Shown one piece after another: positions 49,461 through 61,174 of a stretch of 64,000 nt of DNA. The position numbers and the translations under genes were made by a program. Every line of letters begins with the position of its first letter. Position 1 is the stretch's first letter. A model generated the notes under the pieces. It saw only the letters and a program-made list of their open reading frames with translations, was not told the origin of the DNA and did not search any database. Source of the DNA: Hemiscyllium ocellatum (taxonomy: Eukaryota); assembly GCF_020745735.1 (NCBI RefSeq), contig NW_026867441.1, positions 417,951-481,950 of the forward strand, in the 5' to 3' direction.

Positions 49461-50999
49461 TACAAATGTAAGTTCCTTCTTTCCATTCTAGCCCTGAAGC
49501 ATGTGGTTCTGTCTCATTTCCACTCAAGAGATGGCAACCCTTTGAAGACAGGAGCAGCCTCTATTTTTTTGGAAAGTACTTCTTCCACTCTGTGTCCTTC
49601 ACAGCCTTGTAGACAGCAACAATGAGATCAGGAAATAACCCAAAGCTATAATCTTCTGGACTCTTCATTAAACTGTGGAACCTGAAAAGTACAATTATTG
49701 TCCAAGTCAATGAAGATATTTCTCAGCAATCCCTAAATGCTGAGGTTTAGTACTCAGCAGGCCCCAGGAGGCAAAATAACTGATAGATCATTGCTCTGAA
49801 TTGCTCATAAATGTCACCTTCACATTTCTGGAGGCTTTGATCAGAAAGATTGCTTACCCCTCTCCAATATGCAGCTTAAACTCAGCTCCAACTCCCAACC
49901 ATCCAGCTGAGAGTGGAACCCTGTACAAACTGGAACCTGGTCAGTGGGAGCACTGTCACCTCTGTCTCAGAAGCTTTGGGGAGTCTATTTTGATCATAGA
50001 GTCCTTCAGCACTGGAGGCTGTTCAGAGCATGTTCCCCAGACTGATCCCAGGGATGAAAGGGCTGTCCTACGAGGAGCAGTTAAAGAGCTTGGATTTGGA
50101 CTCGCTGGAGTTCAAAAGAATGAGGAGGGATCTAATTGAGGGATAGAAAATGTGAAAGGGGATTGATAAGTTGGATGTTGAATAGATGCTCCCCCTTGTG
50201 GGACAGTCTGGAACAAGAGGTCACCGATATCGAGTGAGAGGCGGTAGGTCCAAAACTGAGATGAGGAGAAACTATTTCTCCCAGAGGGTTGTGAATCTGT
50301 GAAACTCAATGCCCCAGCGTGCAGTGGATGCAGAATCAATCAACAGGTTCAAGAAAGATGTGTTTCTGATGAAAAGTGAGATAAAGAACGATGGGGAGCA
50401 GGCAGGAGAGTGGAGTTGAGACCAGGATAAGATCAGCCACAGTCATGTTAAATGGCGGACCGGGCTCGAAGGGCTGAATTGCCTCCTCCCGCTCCTAATT
50501 CCTATGTTGAGCACACAGTCAAGGCTGACACTGCAAAACTGAGGGAGCTGTTGTCTTTCAGGTGAGATACAAAACAGAGGCCCTGCCACAATCTATCGAA
50601 CTGTACTATCTCCCCCAGTGACAAATGCTGGAATTTGAATTCAAATCACAAAGCAAGCCTCATTAATGGTGACCACGATAATGATCCCTGATTGCTGTCC
50701 AGCCTCAGCCTTACCCAGTCTGGACTTCATGTGACTCCAGCCCCACAGCAATCTGGTTAACTCTTAGGTGCCTTCTGAGAGGCCACAGCAAGGCCAGCAG
50801 TTCAAGGGCAATTAGTCTTGGGTAACAAATGCTGATCGATGCCAGTGACACCCACCTCCCAGAAAACAGAATGCAACAGAGATTGGTGTCAGCCAAAATT
50901 GTCAGATCGGACTCCCAATGAGATGGGGAGATGGTTAAAGATGTGTATTCAGCTCAGGATGGAACAGGTCCCCACTTGTTAGCACCATCGCTGATAAAA

Positions 51000-52480
51000 T
51001 AAGTGAGAGAAAACAGAAAACTAAAGGTGAGAACACTCAAATGTGGGAATATCAGTGAGAATTCAGGCAACTGAAGGAAGATATGAAGAACTGCAAAGGA
51101 AGACAAAAACGAAGCAAGAGTTACAAAAAAAGTGATGGAGAAAGAGACCTGTAAGGGGTCACGAGAATAACACAAATATTTTACACGAAAGTTAGAAAAT
51201 TAAGGGGGCTCCAGTGCAATGTGAGCCCTTTAAAAACAAACTGGGAATTCCACGAATGAGACTAAGGGAATGGCCGATGTGTACAATGATTAGTTGTGTC
51301 AGTCTTCACAATCAAGGAACGGGATAATGCAGCTTTCATTCCAGGGTTATTAATAGTGAATTAGATTAGACTCCCAACAGTATGGAAACAGGCCATTTGG
51401 TCCAACAAGTCCACACTGATCCTCCAATGAGCAACCCACCCAGACCCATTATCCAATCTTATATTTACCCCTGACTAATGCACCTAACACGATGGGCGAT
51501 TTAGCGCAATCAATTCACCTAACCTGCACATCTTTGGATTGTGGAAGGAAACTGGAGCACCCAGAGGAACTCCACACAGACAGAAGGAGAATGTGCAAAC
51601 TCCACACAGTCACCTGACGTAGGAATCGCACCTGGGTCCCCAATACTGTGAGGCAGTAATGCTAACCATTAAACCACCATGTAATCCAATTGAAGACTGG
51701 CATTCACAAAACTTGATACATGCCAGAAAACAGCATTGGAAAACGAGTAGCTCTAAAGGCTGACAGATCTGCAGGGCCTCAGGGGTTTAAAGAAAGGGGG
51801 AAAGGGGGCAAGAATTTTCAGAAGATTTTTCCATAAGATTCCAAAACAGCAACCATTCCTTTAGTTTGGAAAATATCCTGCTGTAACTCCACAGGTTCAA
51901 GAAAGATGGGAACGGGAACTGTGGAAATTACATTCTGGTCAATCTAACATCTCTTTTGAGGGTTTCATTGGAACCTACAATTAACAGCCAAGGGAATGAA
52001 CATATAGAGAATTGGAAATAGCCCACATAGATTTGTGATGGGTAGGTTCTAACTAATGAACCAAAAGCATTAATTAAAATAGTCGATAGGGCATATAGTT
52101 TTATCAACTTTCAGAAGTACTCGATAATTTCCCACAAATCAGTCTGCTGTCCAAAGTTGAAACCCATGGGATTTAAGATGAATGTTTGTCTTGGTTCAGA
52201 GGCTGGTTTAGTGACAGACAACAGAGAAAGAAAGTGACAAGCGGTGTTCCACAAGGATTCTGTGGTGAGGCCTTAACTACATACTGTATTATTAATGAGA
52301 ATCAATCCACCTAAACTGCACATCTTTGGACGAAGAGAGAAAACTGGGCCACCCAGAGGAAATCCATGCAGATACAGGGAGAACATACAAACTCCACACA
52401 GACAGTCACCTGAGGGTGAAATCAAACCGAGGTCCCTGGCGCTGTAAGGCAGTGGTGTCAGCCACTGTGCCACCCATTCC
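51000..52480. mobile_element. Old CR1-like RT remnant (+) with V-SINEs (-) at about 51360-51680 and 52290-52475
   Basis: Degenerate RT motifs; SINE cores as above. Confidence 0.65.
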
Positions 52481-52921
52481 TCATCTCTGATCGAAATGTC
52501 TAACCTCTTATTCTCAGACTGTGACTCTGCTTTAGAATCCCCAGGTAGGGGCACATCCTTCCAAAATCTACCCTGTCAGGGCCCTGGAGAATTTAAAATG
52601 TTTTAGTGAAATCTCCTCCCATACTTCTCAATCCCCTCTTTTGATCATTAGACAATCCCCTCAACCCGTCACATGAACTGTGGCTGGGTTTGATCATCTC
52701 AGAGTTTCAAGGTGGGAAGGAGGAAGAAAGACTCTTCATGCATTGAATCGATGCTAAAAATTGAAAAAGCAGGACAATGTCACCAAGCATTGTTCACATA
52801 CTCTTACTTTTCATCAAAGTGCTGGATGAGAGTTCTTATGAATTTCAGGAGGTCACTGGTGGTGTCCTTATACCCTTTATTCTTGCCTTTTCTCTTGTTC
52901 ATATCATTTAGGAGAATGGAG

Positions 52922-53117
52922 GAAAAAATGAGGTTGCAGATGCTGGAGATCACAGCTGAAAATGTGTTGCTGGTTAAAGCACAGCAGGTTAGGCAGCATC
53001 TCAGGAATAGGGAATTCGACGTTTCCTGATGAAGGGCTTATGCTCGAAACGTCGAATTCCCTATTCCTGAGATGCTGCCTAACCTGCTGTGCTTTAACCA
53101 GCAACACATTTTCAGCT
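52922..53117. mobile_element. Fold-back PLE insertion: perfect 72-bp inverted arms (52954-53025 / 53046-53117), 17-18-bp TSD
   Basis: TSD (t)catttaggagaatggag at 52904-52921 and 53117-53134; arms identical by base-by-base reading. Confidence 0.92.
53023..53056 (+). ncRNA. Minimal type I hammerhead motif at the hairpin centre
   Basis: TTC CTGATGA A GGGC TTAT GCTC GAAACGTC GAA. Confidence 0.78.
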
Positions 53118-55419
53118 CATTTAGGAGAATGGAGTCAACCGAGAAGGAAATGAACAGCAGAGTTTGTTTTCTCTGTTGATTAAATTCACCTTATTTGCTC
53201 CTCTGAGCACCTGAATAAGGGGCGAGGCTTGTGTCTTATAATAAACCTATTGGATTATAACCTGGTGTCGTATGATTTTTGACCTTGTCCTCTGATCACA
53301 TTTAGGTTATTCCCACGAGCACTGCATGTCCTTGCTTCTCCAGGCCAAGAGGTGGCGATCTTGACAATGGATTTGACAATGATCTCCATCAGAGAGGACC
53401 CACAAATCAGGGACAGAGATCAGAGATTACAGGCCCCGCTCTTGCTCCTCAGTCCCAGATCCAAGCACAACGGGCCTCCTGGGGTCCCAGGTACCGGTTG
53501 TTGTATCCCGGGCCCTGTATGTAATACGATATGGGACAACTGATCCTTCGGATTTTTCCCAACCTCACCAGGTCTTCACAGTCACTGAGATTATTTAAAG
53601 GCAGCCTTTGCCGATTAAGGACCCTGATTGATGGGAAACAGACTGAAATGGGTCAATAATACAGTATTGGGGAGTTACAGATGCAGATTGCCAAGTACAA
53701 ATCTGATGCTGTGGCTTTAACAGAGATCGGGTGGGACTGGGAATTCCTGGATACAAGGTGTTCAGAAAAGAAGGAGAAGTGCGGGAAGTGGTGGGATTGT
53801 TCTGGAGCCAGACAGTACTGACCAACCTTAGGTCCTGAGATATGATGGAGATAAAGGGTGAACTGTGCCGGGCTTTAACTCACTGTTACCAGAGTAAAAC
53901 AGGGATTACCCAGTTCACAGCTGAAAATGTGTTGCTGGAAAAGCGCAGCAAGTCAGGCAGCATCCAAACAGCAGGAGAATCGACGTTTCGGGCATGAGCC
54001 TCAAAGATGTTTACCCAGTTCACAAGACAGTAAATGGAACTAACAAACCAGGTGCATGTGAAACACTCACCCCGTCCCTGAGAGAGGGGGGACAAGAATA
54101 GGGACATTCTCAAACAGAAAGGATGCTAAAAATGGTATCACCCCGAGAGTGAAGGGTGGGGTAGGGATAGTGACAGTGACAGCGACACCCCCCCCCCCCC
54201 CAACCCAGAGAGGGGGGAAAGTAACACTGACACATTTAAAACCGTATTATCACAAGTGAGAATTCAAACAGCTGCCCACTCCATCAATCAGTGTTGAAGA
54301 TGTACTGTCCTCATCAAAACTTGCAAACCACTTCATAACACGTAAGGAGAAAGAAACATTTAAAAAAAACTGTATTATCACGAGTGAGGGTCCGTTTAAT
54401 TCTCGGACTATGATGGTAAATGTTCCCAGCTGTAAACAACACTGGTGTATTGACGTCATTATCTTATTAAACAATATTAAAACCTCGGCCAAACATTTTC
54501 CTGCAGACAGTTTATTTAAAATATCAAGAGGCTTTCCACATTGTTGGTTTGATCAGTGACGTAGCAAGGAAGCAGCAGCTGCCCCATGAACTCCAACAAA
54601 AGAATGAGAACAGGCTCTTCATACGGAGCTGGCTCCCGAGAATCCAATTCAACAGCAGGGATCAAAAAACAAGGAACAATACAGCACATGAACAGGCCCT
54701 TCGGCCCTCCCAGCCTGTGCTTACACATTTTGCCCTACCTCACTGAAACTGTCTTCAGCTACAGGATTCATATCCATCTATTCCCTTCCTATTCATGCAT
54801 TAGTGCAGGTATTTGTTGAATACTTCTATTGTGTCTGCTTCCACCCCCTCCTCTGGCAGTGTGTTCCAGGTACCTACCATTTATAAGGCCAAGCAAGCCA
54901 CTCAGTTTCAGGGCAGTTAGGGATGGAGAACAAATGCTGGTCTTGCCAGTGACACCCACATCACAGGAAAGAATACATGGCCCCAGTGATAACACCGTCA
55001 CCTGAACCTGCAGGTTTCAAGCTCCATTCCAGACACTGGAGCACTATCCTCAGACAGGCAAAGGCAAAGACGCCATCTGCTGGATGATCGGTTAAACCAC
55101 TGCCCTCTCAGGTCGATGTGAATATAAGGGCTTTGTGACCATCTCAGGGAAACTCTCCCCAGTGTGCTGACCAATGCTTCTCTTATAACCAATGGCATTA
55201 AAACAGATACATAAACAAAATACTGCAAATCTCAAATAGAAGCGCGATGCTGGAGAAAGGCAACAGGTGCAGCCTCTGTGGGGAGAGGAGGAGTTAACTT
55301 TTTGGGTTCAGTGATGGTTTATCTAAAAGCCAGCAAATTTTTATTTATATTTAATTTTATGTTGTTTTATCTTATTTTAATTAAATATTGTTCAAAACAT
55401 GTTTAGCCTGCTTGATTGG

Positions 55420-55770
55420 AACCGCATTCACACACATGCATTCCCCCCACACCGATGCTCAGTAACAGCTCTGTGTACTATTTACAAGATGCACTGCAGA
55501 GATTCACCAAAGATCCTGAGACAACAGCTTCCAAACCCATGACCACTTATATTTGGACAAGGGCAGCAGATACACGGGACCATCACCCCAGCAAGTTCCT
55601 CTCCAAGTCATTCACCAGTTTGACTTGGAAATATGAAGCTGTTCCTCCATCATCACTGGGTCAGAATTCTGGAATTCCCTTCCTAAGGACATTGTGGATC
55701 TACCAACAGCACACGGACTGCAGGGATTCAAGAAGGCAGCTAATCACCACCAGGTCCAGGGCAATTAGAG
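55420..55770 (+). mobile_element. 3' end of the LINE family seen at 3241-5370
   Basis: caagatgcactgcag...ccaaaccca...gcagcagatac...tccagggcaattagagatgg. Confidence 0.72.
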
Positions 55771-56084
55771 ATGGACAGTAAAAAGCCTGGTAAAAGTCGG
55801 AGTAGGCGTGCTTAAGGACCAGAGAGTGAGACTGTGATGTTTCAGTTATTCCTGGACATTGGTATGACCACATCTCAAATACTGAGGGTAGTTTTGGTCT
55901 CCTTATTGAAGGAAGAATATAAATGCATCGGAGGTGGTTCACAGGAGTTTTACCCAATGAATTTACCCAATGAATGGGCTGTGTGATGAGGAAAAATTTG
56001 AAAAGGGCTTAAAGGGGATGGGGTGGAGCGGGGTGTTGAGGGAGGGATAGGTTGAGAATGGTAGAGAGTATGACCTGATTAATC

Positions 56085-56345
56085 GATGGAGAGATTAATT
56101 TGTATTCATCCCTCCCATCAACCAATCAGATATTACCCTCTACTTACCTTCACCTATCCCCATCTCACCACTCTGCCCCCACCACTCCCTTTATCTGCAG
56201 CTCCCCCAACACCCACCACCAGTCCTGAAGAAGTGTTACAGACAAAATGTTGACTTCTCCACCTTCTGATGCTGCCTGGCTTGCTGTGTTCTCCCAGCCT
56301 CCTGCTTGTCAACCTTGGACTCCAGCATTTGCAGTTTTTCTTTGT
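56085..56345 (+). mobile_element. PLE-type 3' terminus with a decayed hammerhead (gtc ctgaaga ... aaatgtt gac)
   Basis: C-rich body followed by gatgctgcctggcttgctgtg...ccagcatttgcagttttt. Confidence 0.65.
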
Positions 56346-58390
56346 CTTGAATCTCTTCAGGGGCCTGGATGAGTGTGAGGAGATTGGGTTTTGATGGAAC
56401 TTACCCACAGAACAAAGTCAAAAGAAGCAAAGCAAGAAAGGCAAATGGATCGAATACAAGAGAGCACATTGTGAGGGAATACCAATTATTACCAGTTTAG
56501 CAATTGCAAAGGAGAGAGCGACAACATTGAAATGTTTCTGGTGTCATCCTCTGTGCCCTAACATTTCACAGAGCCAGCTCCACATCCTTCCATTGGCTTT
56601 GTCATTGAGAGCCAACGATTCCCTTCCCACAGCCCTTTTTAAAATGTCCTGTTCCAGGGAATCACTGACACAGAAAATATTTCACCTTTTTTGGGAAAGT
56701 TGGAGAAATATTAGATGTCAAGGACTCTTCTCAGACTACAGGATCTGACAGAAGGATGTGTGTAGTCTGTGGATTCTGGAGACAGATCACTGAGATAGTT
56801 CTCATTCCCATCAACACCTGACTTTATTCCGACATCAGTTTCTATTCTTCATTATAAAGTACCCCCACCAGTTTCAGACTAGACATTTCACACCCAGCCC
56901 CCATTTCCTCACATTAGAATCAAGAACCAAACTTGCCCCATCTCAGGATTGCCCTCTGAATGTGGTGTCAGTGTGCTAATGCTGTGTTTGATGAAAGAGC
57001 CGCAGTGGAATCTGGGACTGAATCCAAGGGGTTTCTGAGCCACCAGCAGCCTCCCCGCTGTGTGAGGGTCTGTTTGGATAAGATTTCAGCCCCATGGTTC
57101 CCACTGGTACGAGAACCATGGAGTGAGATTGCTGGAGCCACGTGTGGACTGAGGAACACAACAGTCAGGACAATGAGCTGCTCTGGAATCCACCCTGAGC
57201 CCTGGATGGTTGTCACTGAGATGGCCCAGGGGCTACAGAATATGACAGCAGAAAGTGGAACCAGTTTATCATTGACTGTCCTCCCCAGCCGTGACTCCCA
57301 GACTCCCCCAGACTGAACATTCTCAATCTGACCCCAGGGACACACGGGGCAATTCCATCTCATTTGAAGAGTAAAGAAAACCCAGGTCTAATTTATGGAA
57401 TATTTATTTCCCAAATTGTTATTGTGCAATTGTTATTCTGAGTAACAAGGTCCTGCTGGTCACATTCATCAATATAGGGTTCCCAGTGGCTCTGGCTCCC
57501 AAACAGTTGATTTGAATTTCTTGGCTTGTAATCTTGCTGTGCCGAAGGGATGGGTGAGGGTTGATGGGGAATATCCATCAGATTATTGTGTTCCCCATTG
57601 TCCTCTTCTGCCTTCCTTCTTTTCCCTATTTATTGGGAAAGACTTCCTTGGGGTTGTGCATTACTACTGAAAGTGCCCCTTCTGGACACAATGGTAGCAT
57701 TGCCCTCCTGCTCCGGGGACCCCATTGCCCCCTCGATTCTCTCCCTCATTCTCCAGGCCTTGAGCGTGGAGGTGAACACTTCACACAGTTTTCCCTGAGG
57801 CTTCAGCTCTGGCCATTTCCAAAGCACACACGAGACAGAGACTGAATCTTCTTCATCTTTATTCCCCTTTTCCAGATTGACATTGACAGAAAACAGTCAG
57901 CAATTAACAGCCCAGACAGAGGGAGCTGCACAAATTCACAGCCACAATGGAGCTTGAGGAAAACACTTGTGGAGATTTTCTCAATAACCTAAGAATCATG
58001 TCCCTTTAAACAGGGACAAAACCTAAAATTGGAACTGATAGCTGAGCAGGAAGTAGGTCTGTTTTACTGAAGCAGAGACTTCTGAGGTTCACATTGTTTT
58101 GTACAGCTGACAGATTTCAGCATTTTCAATAGGTTTGATTTGGCATCACAGGTCATCACTGCCCCAGTCAAACACTCCCAGAACAGGGTCAGCATGGGGT
58201 TTGATAGAGAGTAGAGCTTCTTTTTGATGATCGCAATGACCTGCCTTAACACTTGAACCTCAGAAGTGTCGCCAAACCAATCCCAAGAAGGAAGAGAGTT
58301 GAAATTCAGTGCTGACAACGACCTTTGTTCTGCCAGCTCAGCGCTGTTCTATTTAAAGTTGTGTCTCCTCTGTGGACTGTCTCACACACT

Positions 58391-58718
58391 CTACACACAT
58401 TCTGATCTCCTGATGCTCTTGCTGAGGGTAGAGGGGAGGGCCACATGCGTGAGGGCACAGGAGAAGCGAGCGTTGGACTCCCAGTCAGACCCAGAGAGGG
58501 TCAGCAGGCTGCTGACACTGTAGGTGCTGTCCGAAGCTCGCAGGTAGTTGCTGGTCTGAACCCCGTCCGAAATGACTGCACCGTCCTTCTTCCACTGCAC
58601 CGCCAGCTTATCGGGATAGAAGTGATTGGCAAGGCACACCAGGGTGGCAGTGCCTTTGGTACTGATCTGCTCCGGGGAGGGGGCAGCAGGGTCAGCTTGG
58701 GCTGAGAGTTCTCTCAGG
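58391..58718 (-). pseudogene. IGKC: Ig kappa-type C exon (C2), pseudogene: acceptor AG>AA, TGA at the first full codon, -1 C in the poly-C tract
   Basis: TTTCAA CC TGA GAG AAC versus C1 TTTCAG GC CGT GAG AAC; 5 C instead of 6. The rest is intact: SPEQISTKGTATLVCLANHFYPDKLAVQWKKDG...FSCALTH...RRSECV*. Poly(A) signal at 57863-57858. Confidence 0.95.
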
Positions 58719-59770
58719 TTGAAAGACAAGAGAAGCAATTTTAATCCCTGCCTTTTGAAGGGATTTTAACTCTCCGAACATGAACTGGCAAAACAATCCA
58801 TTTTGAACATTTGTCGCCAACTCCTAATAAACCCCATAAAAGAACAGACATTGTTTAAATTACATCTTGGGATGTGGGTGTCACTGGTCGGGCCAGCATT
58901 CATTACCCATCCCTAATTTCCCCTGAGAGGGTGATAGTGAAAGAGAAGAGACAGTCTTGGACCATTATTGAGGGAATGAATGTGGGCAGCTGGAAGGGCT
59001 ATCAATGGGGGAGCATTTCAGTGACAGTGATCAGAACTCAGTGAGATTGAGAGTAGGGATGGAAATAGAGAACTATGGAGCAAGTGTAAAAGTTTTCACT
59101 TGGGAACAAACCATTTTACTGAACTGGGCAATGATTTGGTAAAAATGAGCTGAAAGACAAAATGCAAGAGGGAAAGTAACCAGGACCTGAGGAAAGCAAA
59201 GAGCTGACAGGATGAGATGTGTCCAAATGAAGTGAAGGAAATCCCAGGTGATGTTTTATAATCACAGAAAGAACAATAGGAGAATGAAGGAATGTATGAG
59301 GCCCATTCGAGAGCAGGAAGGGAACTTGTGTGCGGGGGTGGGAGATGGAGCAATGGTTCCTCATGAAAACTTTCGGTCTGTTTTCACAAAAGAGAGGGAC
59401 AAAGCAGGAACTGTAGTTCAGGAGGAGGACTGTGCAACATTGGAACGGCATCTTTCACATCTGAAAGACTCCCAGTTCATCCAAAGAATTGATCCATGCT
59501 GTCCCCAAGACATTTGCAGACAGTGTGGGGCTTGTTTGAAATGTGCTCACTGAAGGAATGCAGGAAATGTGGAAGCCAGATTGTACCCACAAGTAACATT
59601 GAGCCAAGGAACATTTTGAGTGATGTTTGTTCAGGGATAAATATCAGCCTGAATATGATTCAAAAAGAAAATAACTGGAACAGTTGGATGGAAAATGAGA
59701 AAATGGAAGTTAAAGGAGAAGGGAGGTTTGCAGGTTAGTGATGGGATTGATTGTTACCAGAAAATAAAAG

Positions 59771-60220
59771 GACTGCCACAAACACTACATAGGACAAACA
59801 GGAAGAAAGTTCGCCACCAGGATACACGAACACCAGCTAGCCACAAAAAGACACGACCCTCTCTCCCTCGTAGCTCTACACACAGATGAAAAAACCCTCC
59901 ATTTCGACTGGGATAACACATCTATCCTGGAACAGGCTAAGCAAAGACATGCCAGAGAATTCCTAGAGGCCTGGCACACCAACCACAACGCCATAAACAT
60001 ACACATAGATCTAGATACCATCTATCAAACACTCAGAAAATGAACAGGAAATGACATCACCACAAACCACAGGAACCCCATACAGGAGGAAGAAATAAAT
60101 AGAAAGCAGGAGACAACAGCTTTGCTTCACTAGGAGGTCACCACTGATGATGTTACCTAGCCAGGTAATGAAACGTCTGGATATCAAACCTACAGCTCAG
60201 CGAGCAAACCTATACCCCTT
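59771..60220 (+). mobile_element. 5'-truncated Penelope-like element (second family): GIY-YIG C-terminal 90 codons open, plus 3' terminus
   Basis: 59771-60043 reads DCHKHYIGQTGRKFATRIHEHQLATKRHDPLSLVALHTDEK...AREFLEAWH...YQTLRK*. Confidence 0.88.
60141..60180 (+). ncRNA. Minimal type I hammerhead motif
   Basis: CCA CTGATGA T GTTACC TAGCCA GGTAAT GAAACGTC TGG: 3-bp stem I, 6-bp stem II, ACGT palindrome. Confidence 0.78.
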
Positions 60221-61174
60221 AAAACAGACATTTTTATACTTCTCTTAAAGAAAGGTACAGGCCATTATCGTATAGTACATTCAGACAATTACCAACTAAC
60301 TTATGAAACAATCTTAATTGAAAGCTACTCGCTCCAATGATATTTCCTGGGAACCAACTTTGTTTTCCAACATTTAAGCCACCCTCACCTCACTAACCGA
60401 GTCTTGCCATCTGCACTTGAAGGTCAGTTAGGGTGGCCAGTAATGTCTCATCTAGTCTAGTTATTTCTATGCTGTAAAGGAAGCATTGTCTGCTAATCCT
60501 GTTGAGGCAGACTGTGATTAGTCAATTATGCAGCTCGAACAGCGCTAAAAGCTATTTTATGCAGCTTTTAACAGAATTGTCAATTTGCAGCTGAGAAGCC
60601 TTTTTGTCATATTATTTGCATCGAGAAGCCATTTTATTCCCACTTAAATCACTAACAGCATGGGTTAAGTGGTTGTTCCTGACAACAACTAGTTACCTCA
60701 GTCTGTATTCAGGTTTCAGATCCTCAGGAGATAGAGATAGGGAAGTGGGAAGCAAAACAAAGGTCATATGTCATGTATAAAAGGGGATTGAATATGAATG
60801 GGCAGTGATCTTGTCCATTTCATTATTTGAAAAGTTTCACCATGGGGGTCGGATCACAATATATGTGGCAGTTCTCCATTCCAACAATACTCAATACTTT
60901 GGAGAAATCTTTCACCCACTAGACTGCTTTAAGGCACATCTCAAAAAGCCACCCAACTGAACTGATTATATTCTATATGAACATATAATATTCTGCAGCA
61001 GCAAGTATACAGATTTTGTGTCAAATGCAACCTTCTGCCAACATTTCATCTTTAAAAATAATGATTTATTCTCTTTCTTTTTCATATACAGAATAAACAG
61101 ATCGACTTCATTACAAATGCATTTTTTTTAAAACAATGTTAAACTCCAAACAGTTCTGGCCACGAAATATTTCA

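Noticed and set aside
58391-58738. Apparently intact 115-aa Ig C ORF
   Set aside because: The N-terminus (alternative start TTG, LLLSFNLRELSAQADPAAP) is intron plus out-of-frame sequence joined by the -1 indel; the acceptor is dead.
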